Source of the DNA: Lytechinus pictus
Lineage: Eukaryota
Length of the DNA stretch: 64,000 nucleotides
Direction of reading: 5' to 3'
Assembly: GCF_037042905.1 (NCBI RefSeq)
Contig: NC_087251.1
Span: 12,898,001 to 12,962,000, forward strand
The translations under genes were made by a program, and so were the position numbers. The notes beneath the pieces were generated by a model. The model had not been told where the DNA came from, searched no databases, and saw only the letters and a list, made by a program, of their open reading frames with translations. Positions within the stretch are counted from its first letter, which is position 1, and the number at the start of each line of letters is the position of its first letter. Below, piece after piece: positions 12,339 through 27,229 of this stretch.

Positions 12339-12758
12339 ATTGTATGGACTATCAATATAAAACAAATTTAATTATAAAAGCAACAAAGCACATAACAAAC
12401 TTATAATCGAAAAACAGAATACAACAAAAAAATAAACACAAATAAGCATTTAGAAGTACATGTAGGTTATGGATAGATGGCTACAAGAGCTACTTTAATG
12501 GTAATTCATAACTTTTAAAGCATTTATTTTAAATTGTTTCAGACATTTAGAAGTGTGGACTGGCCTAAAGCCGTCCTTCCCAATGAAGAATGTCACATGA
12601 TATTGCTTAGTACTATCAAGTTCATTTATTTATTGTTTTTCAGAGTTGAGCTGATATTGGTTCCCATGGTAGCAGTGTATTTCAGCTCCACCCATCTGTT
12701 TAGTCACAGGTGTGATGAGCTCACACTATCTATATGCTAGGGTCTTGTTTCACAAAAC

Positions 12759-13700
12759 TTAAGGACGTTCCACAGTTATGTTTGTGCGCATTATGATCTG
12801 CGCATATTTTACACTCTGCGCGCTGACGTCACAATGGATGAACAGGCGATTAATTAGCTGTGGTTATGAGCTGATTTTTCTCATCATCTGCATGCTAACT
12901 ACAGATCCGATGCATTATTTTATGAAGCTAAAAAATGGAATTATTCCATGGACCATTTTTAAAAATATGTCTACAATTTTGAAATACTTTACTCTGCAGT
13001 GCTGCCAAGAATCACGAATATTACCCCGATTTTGAATAAATGGTAGTGGCTTTGTTTTTTGTCTTCACATAGATACAAAGCATTTGGCGCATTTTTGGTG
13101 TTTTAGAAAGCACATTTGCTCTAATAAAAATACTGATAGTTTGAAAACAAGCACATGAACCCCTATTTTTTAATGTTTGCACCTCTTATGTATACCTTCC
13201 TCTACAACTTTGCAAATTTTGGTGAATATGACATGGATTTTGAATAAAGTGCAACATTTTTTGTACTTTTGTAGTTTGTTATTGTAATTTCACATTTTTG
13301 AGATTTGGTTTTTGTTATCTCTTACGCCATTTTTAAGAACTGACAGTGCTGTTAGACTTAAAATTGCAAACAAATAGCACTATAAATAGATTCTCCATTC
13401 TAACAATACAATGATTAACTCTCTTGCAAAATTTGATGACTTTTTCATGTATCTTGACTGAGTATTATAGGTTTAAACTCATTGTAGTGATATTGCGAGG
13501 TCTAAAAATGCCAAATTCTTTTGAATGCGCAATTCTTAAGAACATCAATTTAGGTGAACTTTGAAGCTCTATAGCAAAAAATCAAGCACATGGACCTATG
13601 TTAATTTTTGCATATTTCGAATATTCAGGTTCTAAAGTATCTATGTGCAAAGTTTGGTGAAAATGACATGGATTTCACTTTAACTGTGGAACGTCCTTAA
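12759..13700. mobile_element. TTAA-flanked TIR element
   Basis: ttaa|ggacgttccacagtta ... taactgtggaacgtcc|ttaa, perfect 16-bp TIR. Confidence 0.85.
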
Positions 13701-14359
13701 ACTACATTTGTATAACAAGTGTTAGAATTTTATGAAAGATCTGCCCTTGACCGATGAACAGCACATGTGCAAGTGGGTATCATGAATAATGTTTTCTGGA
13801 TGTGCGATGTACATCTGCCATTATTATTATCCGGTATAGGAAATGTAAAGGTGGATCTTTGTGTTTTCCATGGCTGTTTATATGTAAGTGTTTGATGATG
13901 TTTGGAGGTTATTGAATTATGGTGTGGAATTCTTGTTTTTAAAATGATCTGTCATTTCCTACATTGATTTTAGGGGAGAATGGGGGTCATGTGTCTCCTT
14001 CATTGAAAAATGTCATTGATATTCAGGGTTATTTATGGAAACATTATAGACTTATGTATTATTGTAGTGACAATATGAATGCTTTCAATAGGTGCTTTCA
14101 CAACTTCCCAATTGGTATTTATAACACAGTCTTTAGGTGCATGTAACTTTGGATTTTGTGTGAAGTATCACATTATTTGATGAAGTACAGTATCTAACAT
14201 ATTCACTGGTGAAGATGCACTTTGGTTTTGGCTGAGGAAAAAATATAAGAGTAAGTAAACTCGGTTTGATGGAAAAACCACATTTGATGCGGACTATATC
14301 TAGTCTACAGTTGAAGAACTTTTCTTTCTTTTATAGATTACTGGGTATTTAATCTTTAA

Positions 14360-15049
14360 GGCCCCCTCACACCTAACCGAATTGCGATGGCTGGCGAAAG
14401 GCATTTATTTTAAATTGTTTTCAATGGTAACTGATAGTAAATCATATTTACCCTTCGTGTTTTGGGTTCGTACATCTTCTGAACTAACAGCTGCAATTAT
14501 TCAAATTTGCACGGAAATTTTGAACATGTTAAAAATTTCCCAACGAATTGAAAAATCGTTGGTCATCTGTTTTAATTTGCATCTCTTATTTAGTCTGCGG
14601 TAATCATTCGTTTATTGTTCGTGTGTTTTTGTCGCGCATAGTCCCTCTTCGCGCTATTGCCAAAGTGGACCGAAAGACTCGAAAGAACCTGTAACGAAGC
14701 AACACAATGACACAACGAACAAGATTGCCCGATCTATTCCCTCGTCTTCGTTTCTAATCGCACGCCATATCAAACCATTGCTCACTTTTCGTTCGTCTTA
14801 TTGGGTTATATCAACCCTTCGCTCGCCTTCGGCCGTAATTTTCTCAAAGAGGTGAAACCGGAAAATCGATATCCTTCGCATGTCATATTTATCCTTCGCT
14901 TACCGTTCGTTGATAAAATTTGACAATAGTTACTGATCGCATGATTTGACAGAAATTTAATTTGAATTCGTTGAATTCGCGTGCATTTCGTTCATTTTTC
15001 CCATTCGTCACCCTTCGTCTGCCTACATTCGGTTAGGTGTGAGGGGGCT
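14360..15049. mobile_element. Harbinger-like MITE
   Basis: TIR gccccctcacacctaaccgaat / attcggttaggtgtgagggggc. Confidence 0.82.
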
Positions 15050-16734
15050 TTTAAGGCCTGAAGAAAGTATTTTAATTCACATATATTTTTCTGATGGGGC
15101 AGATGTGAATAAGCTTCTGGTGTGTGCTAAAGATTGTTAGAAGATATTGTACAGGAAGTTTTTATTTGTGTCAGTGTCATGTGCTAAGTTCATATGGCCT
15201 GATCTCAAGGATTAACTACTTTTCAAATTCCCTATCCAATTAAAATATGGCCTAATATTGAGGATCAACTACTCTCATGAATTCCCTATTGGCAGGTATT
15301 TTGAAATGTTCAATATTACGTATGCGGTTTTATGGTTTTATATGCCATGGCATTGGAATTGTTTATCTAGTACAAGTTTATTATAGGCCTAAGGGAAACT
15401 TACACTTTTCCTGTGGTAATTTTGGTGGAAAAGAGACACATAGATTAGAAAATGTGAAAAGTAAAATCTTCAAGTTATGAGTATTCCAAGACTCTTTGTT
15501 TGTAATTTTCCTTTTTTTTTTTTTGGGGGGGGGGAGGGGGTAGTGAGAAACCCTTACCAGTTTACTTGTATGGAGAAAGTTTAAACATGTAGACCTACAT
15601 GTAAATATGGGATGTCTGTGAATGTGATCTCTCCTGACTGAGTTTGACAAAAAAAACAACATACATGTAGGCCTATACAAGTAAAGAAGAAGAAAGAAAA
15701 ATGAAACCAGATACGTTTTCGTCGATTGTGGTTATTTTGTGGCATGAAGGGTCTTGTAAAGGCCACAATGTTGACAATTCCTTGTAATGGAGTAAATAAT
15801 TCTAATGAAATAGTTCCTTGATTGTTTACATACTGTACATGTACATCCGGTGGTATTCATGTTGATTATTTCCGGCCATTCCCATTTTAGATAACATCTT
15901 ATACCTGAATAGATGGATTTAATGTGCACATGATCTCTGTTTGTATTCAGTATTGTTTATGAGTACATGTATGAGATTATAGAGTCATGGAACATATTAT
16001 AAAAGTCTAAATGCATTCTCAAAGAAGAACCATTTTTGAAAAAGTAGAATTTAAAATGGAAAAGAATGGAAAAAAATTGAAATTTTAATGTCGATTCCTT
16101 CAATAAATCTGCTTTTGTACAAAAAAGTCAGAAGTCAAGGAATGGCTAGCCATTTTGATTTTAATAAGTAATGCTGTCACATCCACGAAAAAAGGACCAA
16201 GAGATCGATTTGTGAGCTACCCTGTATAGAGAATCCATTAATTACCTATTTGTTTGTATTATTGTTCTTAACTTGTTATTAAGGACCAATGTACATGTAC
16301 ACAGCCTCTATTAGGTGTTATACCTACATGGATTAAAATCTTTATTTTTCTTCATGAGCTACATGTATCACTCTTTGCCAGTTTGCCTGCACATCTGTTC
16401 TCACTTTTCTTATTTGACAATTGACATGATATCAGTATCTACACTCTAGTTGTTGTACCTTCTAATTTATTAAAGGTTCATTCAGTAATCTGCAAACTGC
16501 CTGGGGGCTGTACAAAAAACACACATGTAGTGAAAAATGCTGGAGATGTCTGATATAATGTATGTATACATTGATCATACATAGATTTGAACACTTTGAT
16601 TTCACACAGTGATCAATGTAATTGATCTTAAAAATCAGCACAATGATCAAACACTATGCTTTTTGTCACAGGGCCCTGGTTCAATAACAGTGTTAACGTC
16701 TTCCTATTGTTGTGTTTTTTCTTTATGATTATAG

Positions 16735-16806
16735 CCAACCTAACAGGACATGCAGAGAAGGTGGGGCGAGAGAACTTTGAACTGTTGAAGGTGTTAGGAA
16801 CAGGAG
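16735..16806 (+). CDS. RPS6KA5: MSK exon A (72 nt, phase 1-1): ANLTGHAEKVGRENFELLKVLGTG
   Basis: Pyrimidine tract then atag|CCAACC; GGAG|gtaaga donor; start of the glycine-rich loop. Confidence 0.95.
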
Positions 16807-17630
16807 GTAAGATACTGGTGCTTTCACACCTCTTGTCACTGTAGAAAAATTATTGAAGTAGCATCAATATTCATTGCTATTGAAAAATATTTTTTCAACT
16901 ATATTCGCAATTTCGTATCATTCGAAATTGAAGAATGTTATTTAATGTTTATCTTCAATTTTTCCAAGATGTGCAAAAGTAGAGGATTGCAATGGCAGTA
17001 CACACATGCACTATATGTATTATGATTGAGATAACTGTTTGTAGCAACTATTGCAATTTGCAAATTAGAAAATACATTGTACATGATAACTCTGTCTCTG
17101 CTTTGAAAACGAGATCCAAGATTGCATTGTATTTGTGAGCAATTCATGTGTCCTTGATCTGTTTCAGTGTTTCTTGTCTTAATTTGTTTACCTGTAGGCT
17201 ATTATGTCAACCAAGCTGATGCTTCTGTTGTTATGATTCACTCACATATCCTAGACATGTACAATGGAGTGACAGTATCAATCACTCGTCCTCTCTGTAA
17301 GAATTCATTCCACACCTGTTATTGTTTTTAGGAAGTCTTCAAGGATATGTCCAAGATAGAAAGAAGATCTCCAATCGTCTGAAAGATTGAAATTTAACCC
17401 TATCAGTCCTATAATGTAGGAAATCCCATTCTTCTTTTAATAATTATGTAAGGTTACTTTAGCTCCAGATTGTGTGCACTCTTGGATAGGGTCTCCACTT
17501 TGAAGGCAATTTTGTGAATTCCGGGAAACCTGGACCATCTTTGGGAAATTTTGGGGAAGTAAAAATAAATTCTCTTCTGATTATAATTATACAATGATTG
17601 AATACATTAGCAAGTTTCAATAAATTGATG

Positions 17631-18191
17631 TTAAAGGGATGGTCGGGGCTGAAAATATTTATATCTAAATAAATAGAGTAAAATTCACAGAGCAAAATGC
17701 TGAAAACTTCATAAAAATCAAATAACAAATAATGAAGTTATTGAATTCTAAAGTTTATCAATATTTTGTGAAAACAGTTATATGCATATCGTCATGAGTA
17801 TTCATTAGGTGGGCTGATGATGTCACATCCCCACTTTCCTTTTTCTTATGTTATTACATGAAATCATAATTGTTTCATTTTTTTCATATGTTTGTAAATT
17901 ACATGTATGTCTCTCCATTATGATGATATAATTTGCGGCAATAAATAACTAATGCACTTAATCAGTTGAATAAAACTGATTTCATATAATGAAATATAAA
18001 AGAGCAAATGGGGATATGACATCATCAGCCTACCTAATGAATATTCATGAAGACATGCCTAGAACTGTTTCACTGGAATAATGCAAATCTTGAAAATTCA
18101 ATAACTTTGTTATTTGTTATCCGATTTTTATCAAATTTCCAGCATTTTGCTCTGTGAATTTTACTCTATCCGGCCTAGATCATCCCTTTAA
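17631..18191. mobile_element. TTAA-flanked MITE (Kolobok-like)
   Basis: ttaaagggatggtc ... gatcatccctttaa with long subterminal inverted repeats. Confidence 0.8.
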
Positions 18192-21100
18192 TTCATAGAA
18201 TGATTTGCCTTATAAGTTATTATTTAGCTAAAAAACTTCCTACTCTTGCTTTGTGCTCCCATTGGTGAGTTTGTCCCTATTTTAGGAAGTGTGTGAACAA
18301 AAGAGGTATTCAATTCCTTGATTTTTGTCACGAGGGTCAAGTTCAGGCTCGCTTTTTGAATTTCTTTTAAAAACGAAGTTTTCAGGAAAGCCCTTTTAAT
18401 TTTTGGAAATCTTGGATTCACTTTTGGGTAATTTATTTTTTGTTTTTTCTGTACTGTTTTGGAGAGAATGTGATTGTCTTGTACTTTAAATACATTTGAG
18501 GTAAAATTTGAGTATTTGTTCACCTGCAAAGTAAGAGGCTTTATTAGGGTTAATCCTAAAAACAGACAATTTTGTCAAGAAGCTGTAGTTTATTTTGCAT
18601 TGTTGTAATCAAAAGCTTGCTAATTTCATTTTCATTTCAACTTAACTGGAGCTCCTATCGACCAAGTCAAGTTACTGTGATCTGAATTCACTTGCATGTT
18701 TTGAAAATGATTAGGCTGAAGAGCACAGGCTTTGATAATGGTCGATGACTGGAATTTACATTAATCATTGCAGTAGCTAGAATTACAAATTACTGTACAT
18801 ACCATAGCTGTCATGTAGTATGTTGGAAGCTCCTTGCACACAATTGCCAATTTCACAAAATAAAGTCCTTGAACTGATTTCTTGAAGGGAACATGAGACC
18901 TTGAAAATGAAATTGATTTCTACTACTGTACATGCATTCTTATTTTGCTTGCCATTGAGGTAGAAAAATAAGAAAATTGATTTGAATCTTCAAAAAATTT
19001 GATTATTGTTACAAATTGGGAAAAGTTGTTACATGTACATGGAACAAATTTATTACCAATAAACTTTGTAGTTTTCCTTCATTTATGAACAATAGTGAAG
19101 AATGACAGAAGATTTCTATAATTATGATAAAATTTGAAATTTTAATAATTGAAATTGTAATATTTTTTTTTTATTTGTGAGTCATATGCCAACAGCTCCC
19201 CCATTTATCTGGTGGTAAAAAAATTGTAGAGTACCTGCAATTTCAATTTGATTTTGAACCTTGATTACATGCCAGAATTGTCAATCTTCACATTACCATC
19301 ATAACTGGAATACATGTATCTACTACCTGTAAGTACATTTTTTTCTCAGATTTTAAAATATAATTCATGGAAGTCATTTCCAATATTATTTCTGCAGGGT
19401 TGACAACTGCTACCACTGAGGGCCCTGCATATAACAATTACACACTGTTCCAAATAAACTTACCTGCCTATAACATTCACAGGTTGACGTGATCAAGTAT
19501 TGAAAAAAGGGATACATGTATTTTGTATAGTACTTTAAAACGTTAATCACAAGTCAAACTAAAAACAATTTGGCAAACTTTCTTCTCCTTGACACAGAAA
19601 TAAAGACTCTAAAACATTTGTTTAGGCCTAAATGTACATCCTCAGTAATGTTCTGTTTCAAAGAAGGATGGTAGGTATATCAAAGAGTTGAAAATACCTA
19701 GTCAAATCTATTGGACCTTTGTAACCTACATTCATGTTTAAAAGACATACTGTAATAAAATCTTCCCTATCCTGCCTGTGTTTATGGTACCATGTGAAAA
19801 CATGATTTTAACACCCACATAACGAGGCCCTCCCGTATGCCTTGGCATTATTAAATGACTTGTGATTTCTCAGAAGAGTCATAGCTTCAGTGTCACTCAC
19901 CTTCTCTCTTTTATGTGACTGCACTTGGACAGGCAGCAAATCTAGGAAATGTCAATTGCAACCCCACTGGTTATTCTTAATGCCCCTATTATCAAATACG
20001 ATAAATGAATTATTGTATTGTCTGAAATAAAACCACTGAATTATCACATTACATCACCATTATTCATAATAAATAAGACAAATGTTATACAATTGAACGA
20101 GCAGATTGGAGACAGTTATATCAATAAGATGAGGGTATGAAGGGCAATAAAAAGCAGAGCTTGTAATTTACAGTTTCCCTATAAAGCTTGTAATTTAAAT
20201 GATATAACAAGGGCGGAAAGGGATTTAAAAAATATCAAAGAGAAATTGATTTTTGAATGATAAAATTGTTCTGAGACATTAGAAAAAATGAGAATAAAAC
20301 AATAGAGAAGGCATAGAACGAGTAAAAAACAACTGAGCAAACAGTAAAGCTGGAAAGAACTTCAAGAGATAGTTAGAAGTGTTGTGGCTCTCAATATACA
20401 ATGCCTATCAGACCATCACATAATAAGTGATGTTCTATTAATGTTTACTATCGTATTTCACTTGGTTTTATCAGATTATCACTGAATGCAATTTCTATAG
20501 ATCAGATTACAATTTGCACAGAAATGATTAAATTCCGTTGAAGGCATCTGCTTTTATTGATCAAAAAGATGTTTCAACTGCCCGGGAGTTTCATTATCAT
20601 TCAATTGAAGACGTATCCTCAAGGAAAATGACCTGAAATTGATGACTCCACAGAGTATCCTTTATTCAAATGTAATGACGAAGAAGGATTTGTAAAGATT
20701 CTAAAGGAAGAATACAGTGGGCGAGACAATAATAAAAATGTTTGACATAAACCTATATTTTCACATTTTGCATAGAAATCTGACATATATTTCAAGCCTA
20801 CATTGTGCAAATTTCCATACACTTTGTTGGATCTGTTTGAGGTCGTTTTGTGATTGTTACCACAAATGGAGTTTATCATTTACCATGCAGTAATCAGGTT
20901 TTATTTCCATTGTAGTTTGGAGATTAATAATTATTCAAGAATGATTTCATCCTGCCCCTTTCCCCCGAAATAAATATAAACAGATGAAGAGTGATCAGTG
21001 TAGTTGAATATGAATGATGATGAAATCACAGATGTTTATTTTCTTTGAATTTTATTTCCTTTGCTTCTACACTTGTAATTATTCAATATGATTGTGCCAT

Positions 21101-24100
21101 TATTTGCTTCTCGGCCTGAATACAACGCACAGTTTTATCTTTGTGAATGTAGCCTGCAGAGCCCTTTGAAGAAATTCTTACTACAAGAAGGAATCTCTAT
21201 CTTTCTGTCCTTGTCTCAATTGTATCTTTCCTTCTGTGTTTTCCTGTCACAAACTTGTGATGAGTATGATTCACAATGTTACATCTAATTTTATCAGCCT
21301 CCATTGAGCACGTAATGGTTTCAGATTAACATGAGTGCAGAGATTGATGGCTGTCATTTAGGCGGTGTTCATCAAAAAAGATTTTAGACTGAGGGATCGT
21401 TTGATCATAGAGGTAAAAAGGTCCTTGATTATAGGCCTGCCCCAACTCCCGGGTCTAACCCGTGAGGTGAGTCTGATTCACACTTTTTTCTGCGTGTAAA
21501 CATTTTAACCTTGTTCAGTGAGCTCGAGCTGACTCGCCTTGTTTGCTCCGCCAAAATATTAGGACAAGACCTGCGAGTTGGGGCAGACACAGCAACTTTT
21601 CTCCGTGTAAATACAAAGTTGAGTCGGGCCCGGCAACGCGATGCTGGATAATCTGTGGGCCGAGTCTGCTCCACGAGGTGGGTCTGCCCCACAAGCTGGT
21701 GTAGCGTGTAAACGCCATAGTAGTTATGATATTAATAAAAGGCCCCTTTCCAAGAGTCTGAGCTAGTATGTTCAGGGAACTCCCCGGTCTGTTGATGGCT
21801 GTCATTGAGGGTGTGTTCATAAAACCAGATTTAAGACTCTTGAGTCAGTTGATTGATACTGTGCTTTACATTACAAGGCACCTTTCCAAGAAAGAGCTGT
21901 GTCTGTTGATTGCTGTTATTTAGGCTGTGTAACTCAATTTTAGACTGGGAAGTCATTTCATTGTAGTTGAGGACTGAGGTACCCTACCCAAAACTGTCAG
22001 TGGTATCTTTCCCTGTAGGAATCTGCAAGCATCTTTACATTGCTGCTTACCCTCACATTTATCATGAACAAAGCAATGGAGAATGTGGGGAAAGTGGCTA
22101 TGAAAGAGGAGGCACTGACTTTAAAGCTGGATTTTCGCTTAAAGACTTGGCTCTGATTTTTGGTAAAGTGCCCAAAGGCCATATTGGCATTAGGCAGCAA
22201 AAGATTATTGATCTGAAACTGATTAATTGTGCTATCGAATTATCTGCATTGAATATCAAGTATGCAAGATCATCTGACAATTTCAGTCATCATATATGAT
22301 GAATTTCAAATTCTGAAATTCACACAATTTCCAACCACTGCTGTTGACCTCTGCTAGGAAATTGATGTTTTGACCTAGCAATATGCAAAAGGCAACTGTT
22401 TGGTATAGGTGCAGAACTCTCTATTGGTGGCTTCAGACTGCCTTTAAGTTCATCAGTTCCAGGTATTTGGGCAGTGTGAAAGCAAATTACGGGAACTTTT
22501 AGCTCAGCGTGTACTGTAGTTGGGTGCGGGCTAGCGATTTTGAATCTCATGCCTTGCTTGCTTATAAGACCATATTGCGCATGCCGGTAACTTTAGGAAC
22601 TTATCCTGAAGGGTAGGTATCGGGACTGTGTGAATGCGAAAAATAATTAACTGGTATTTTTTTAGCCTGAAAAAGTTCTTGTAATTTAACGGGATTCTTT
22701 GAAACCACCTTCTGTATCTTTACAGGAAGAGCAGAGCCAGGATGATTTAAGGATGATTTTAGAATTAGAATTTATGTATGCTTACAGTAAATTTGGATGC
22801 TTCTGGTGAATGGTAGTTATTGCCTGATATCAAGCAACCTTCTTCAATCCGAAAACAGGTCACATGCTGTTTGAGAAATGAGCAAGGAACCCTATCGACT
22901 TGATAGTAGGAAATCTATGAGTCATAGATAGTGAGAACCTCAGTCAGAGGCCATTTTATGTGCAACCTTACTCAAGTCAACAACTTATGAATGTTGAATT
23001 CATATATGTATGTATTGGCATTGAGCCTTCATAGTAATTACTCAAGAATAACAATGGTTCTTTATAAGCCCACCCTGTCAATATTGTCATGCTGTTGCAT
23101 AGAATTTACCATTGATGAAAACAACTAATGATATTTACCTTGGTAACAGGGCTCAGGCCGCTCAGGAGCCAATTAAAAATAATGTTTCCATGCTTGTGTC
23201 ACATAATGGCAAAGTTATCAAAATATTAGGTTTTGGGCAACTGGAATTTATTTTCAGCACCCTTCAAAATTCATAACACTGCAATCACAATAACCTCATC
23301 TAACCCTGGGTGGAGTGTGGTAAATGTTTGGTGTTCCATCAATGGATATCAGTAATATGTTTCTCCTCTGGGGGGGGGGGGGGATTCATAACTGGTATTG
23401 TTGCAACTCCTACATGTATCATTTACTGATACTTGTATGAGAATGTGAGGAAATTCATTTTGTATAATTTTCATTCAATAGTAAAGGGAGTAAAGTTTGT
23501 AAAGATTATACATGTAGATGTACAGAAAACAGCATGTTGAATATATACAGTACAGAGGCCATCATAATTTCGCTGACTGGTAAGGCAAAGGTCTGCCTGC
23601 CAGCATGCTCATCTGTGAGAATTTCTTGAAAGCTAAAAAAAAATTCTTAGGATATAATGATTTCATATTAGTCCCCAAATAGATAATTCAATAAAATTAT
23701 TAAGGAATCACACAGATCAGAAAAAGAATCACAAGGACCTAAAAGTCATGGTTAATACAAGTGTAGATCTTTCCTTATAATTCTAAAAACAGTTTTGCAT
23801 TGAATGTTCTGATTCATAAAGGGGAATGATATTCATGGTCCATTGCAAGACATTCAAGCACTAGTTGTTTTGTATTGATTATACAATTTGTATGGTGATA
23901 CTTGAAATGTATTGCTCAATATGTTCATTATAATATACATTTGTTTATTAAACATGCCTAACGGCATTTTGACCCCTGTGGAGTATTGTACATTTCCTCA
24001 TGTATGTACATGTACCCTCTATCCATGTGCTCATCAGTCATTATTTACCTGCAGGCACATGTAGTTTTGTATTCTATGGCAAATCAGGAATCAACATGCT

Positions 24101-24429
24101 CTTTCTGTCTTGGTTTTGTTGTGGTCCAGGTAACTAGAGCATAACGTACAGAGTAGCACAAATCATAAATCTCATGATTACTGTAAGAATTTGAAATATA
24201 TCTGATTTCAAAACTTACATAGAACTGCCAACTGGAATTTTATGAGATACTAGTACTTCACAATTTGTTTTGTATGTATACATGCATTCTTAATTGAATC
24301 ATTTGCTTTTTTGTATGCACCGTGTATGGAACTAATTTGTAGAATTAAACATATGCCTGAATAATCATTGATTTAAGTACCATGAATAAATTCAGTCATA
24401 ATAAAAGTACATTTGATGAGTACACTCGG

Positions 24430-25449
24430 TTTTTGTCTCGCCTGCATAGCAGAGCGAGACTATAGGCGCCGCTTTTCCGACGGCGGCGGCGGCGTCAACA
24501 TCAAATCTTAATCTAAGGTTAAGTTTTTGAAATGACATCATAACTTAGAAAGTCTATGGACCTAGTTCATGAAACTTGGAAATAAGGTTAATCAAGTATT
24601 ACTGAACATCCTGCCTGAGTTTCAGGTCACATGACCAAGGTCAAAGGTCATTTAGGGTCAATGAACTTTGACCATGTTGGGAGAATTATTTTCAAAATCT
24701 TAACCGAAGGTTAAGTTTTAGAAATGACATCATAACTTAGAAAGTATATGGACCTAGTTCATGAAACTTGGGCATAAGGTTAATCAAGTATAAGTAAACA
24801 TCCTGCTCGAGTTTCAGGTCACGTGACCAATGTCAAAGGTCATTTAGGGTCAATGAACTTTGGTCAAGTTGGGGGTATTTGTTGAATTACTATCATAACT
24901 TTGAAAATTTATGGATCTAGTTCATGAAACTTGGACATAAGATTAATCAAGTATTAGTGAACATCCTGCCTGAGTTTCAGGTCACATGACCAAGGTCAAA
25001 GGTCATTTAGGGTCAATGAACTTTGGCCAAGTTGGATGTATTTGTTGAATTACCATCATAACTTTGAAAATTTATAGATCTAGTTCATAAAACTTGGGAT
25101 ATAAGAGTAATCAAGTATCACTGAACATCCCCTGTGAGTTTCAGGTCACAAAACCAAGGTCAAAGGTCAGTTAAGGTCAATAAACTTAGGCCATGTTGGG
25201 GTAATTGTTGAATTGCCATCATAACTTTGAAAGTTTATAGATAGAGTGAATGAAATGTGGACATGGGTGTAGTTGACAAGTCTTATGTCACCGTTCAAAT
25301 GTCATTTATGGTCAATGAACGTGGTATTATGTCATTATATGAACAGTGTTTTTGTGAATGATTATTTTATAGTAGTTTTCAAAGTTAGCACTGCTGCGAT
25401 ATTAAAATCGCGTAATGCAGGCGAGACTGCCAGAGACGTTCCACTTGTT
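24430..25449 (+). mobile_element. HINE-like element, copy 2
   Basis: Same termini and tandem unit as 4850-6188. Confidence 0.78.
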
Positions 25450-27062
25450 TTAGTTTAACTTCACTGGACACCTTTTTTGTTAAGGTGATTTATAATGAAT
25501 TAAAGTACATGTAGTTGAATTGTACAGTTTTATTTACTCTTGTTGAAGGAGAAACTATACAAAATAAAGTTTCAAGTTTCTTAGATTATATTTTATTAGC
25601 GCTTGCACCAACAACTTTTGCTATAAAAAGGAAATGCCAAAACGAATCTCTGATAACATTGCAATTTTCAGTTAGATGTACACGTACACAAGTAAGCAAC
25701 GGATGGAAACTGAATTGATAAATTCATGATTATCATAAACAGTGGATTTTTGTCATCACAATATACATGTAGGTTATTTCATACATGTATGTTCCAAATC
25801 AATTGTTGGGTATATAGGTCTACATGTTGGTCTTCATTTGAGCTATATGCAGAAATATGCAAGCCATAGTCAGCTCTAGGTGTCCCTTGGCATTAGCCTA
25901 TAGGCCTACAGTAATTACGGGTATTAACTGTCTTTGTGGGTTTAGTAAAAAAGATTATTTCATGGTAAACATAAGCTTTATGAAATATTCATTAAAGTTG
26001 GTGATAATAATCCACTTTGATATAGCCTACAGTAGGCCTAGGGTTTGAGACATCGTCAATGTTTCTACGTGCCTTACGCATCAGTAAGGATGCAGCTGCT
26101 TGCAAAAGAATTTAGTAACAAGATTTGGCAGTGGAAAAGAGAAAAACACAGTTGAGCAACCTTTAATGAAATCCAATATGTTTTTGAATAATAATTAAAA
26201 TCAGCTAGTGCCCCTTTAATCAATACATTCTGGTTCATGTAAAGGTCCCTGGATTGAAATTATGTTGCTTTTATCCTTGAGTTGTGTTCAATCAACAGTT
26301 GTAAAGATCTCTCTCACTTCCCCTATTTCCTTTCTACCAACTGACACGTTCCGTTCCTCCCTCTTTTTCTTTCTTTGGACCCCATTCACACTATTAATGT
26401 GAGTGTTGAATGTCTTTCTTCATATGATATGTGAGATTATCTAATCCATCTTAGCAATTGTTTATATTTGTATACATGTGAATTTTGCTTATCTTCACTT
26501 TCATTAGGCATTCTCAATGTTCAAACTTCCATTATTTTTAAAATTATATGAAAATAAGATATGTTTTGTTACTCAGCTGACTGTACAGTGATTAGATGGG
26601 ACTTGCAGAAATATAATGCACATTGGCCATTTTCTGACTCTTGTAATGGTTGAGGATTAGGGGTCCATTTTATTGAAGACTTACAATGATATCTTTGCTA
26701 CTTTGCCAATTATATACCATAGAAAACTTGATTTTTTACGGTTGAACATTGTTACTGTGCAGAAGTCATCATAATGGTAAAGTTAGAACAGTTACGTCCT
26801 CTTTGAAAAGGAGCCCCTGAATTTAATTTTCTGGGTATGTTTTATGATGGAACATTATTCTTTCTCCCTGATGTAAAATGGAAACCTGGTAGGAACTAAG
26901 AAGTGATAGCCAATATATTTGTATTTGTGTATCCTTAGAACCTCCCCAGGTGGTGGAGAATATTCATGCGTACACATGTATGTGCAGGGAAGCCTGAATC
27001 ATATGACCAGGGATCTGTAAAGTGTTATATAGAGTCATTTATTGAATGCTAAATATCAAAAC

Positions 27063-27229
27063 TCACACCTCAGTCACATTTGCTCTACAACGGCCGTACG
27101 TCAAGTAAAAGCAGCCATTGTATTCATTTTTATTCAAACCAACTCTATGTAGCTTGTAAAAAAAAAGTTAAAACGGCTGTTTGCGACTCGACGTAAGGCT
27201 GCCATAGAGCCAATGTGACTGAGGTATGA
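27063..27229. mobile_element. Short MITE
   Basis: acctcagtcacatt / aatgtgactgaggt. Confidence 0.7.

Noticed and set aside
14190..14250. Strong donor AGA|gtaagt as the end of MSK exon 1
   Set aside because: The phase-1 frame has no ATG after the upstream stop, and no good acceptor is present
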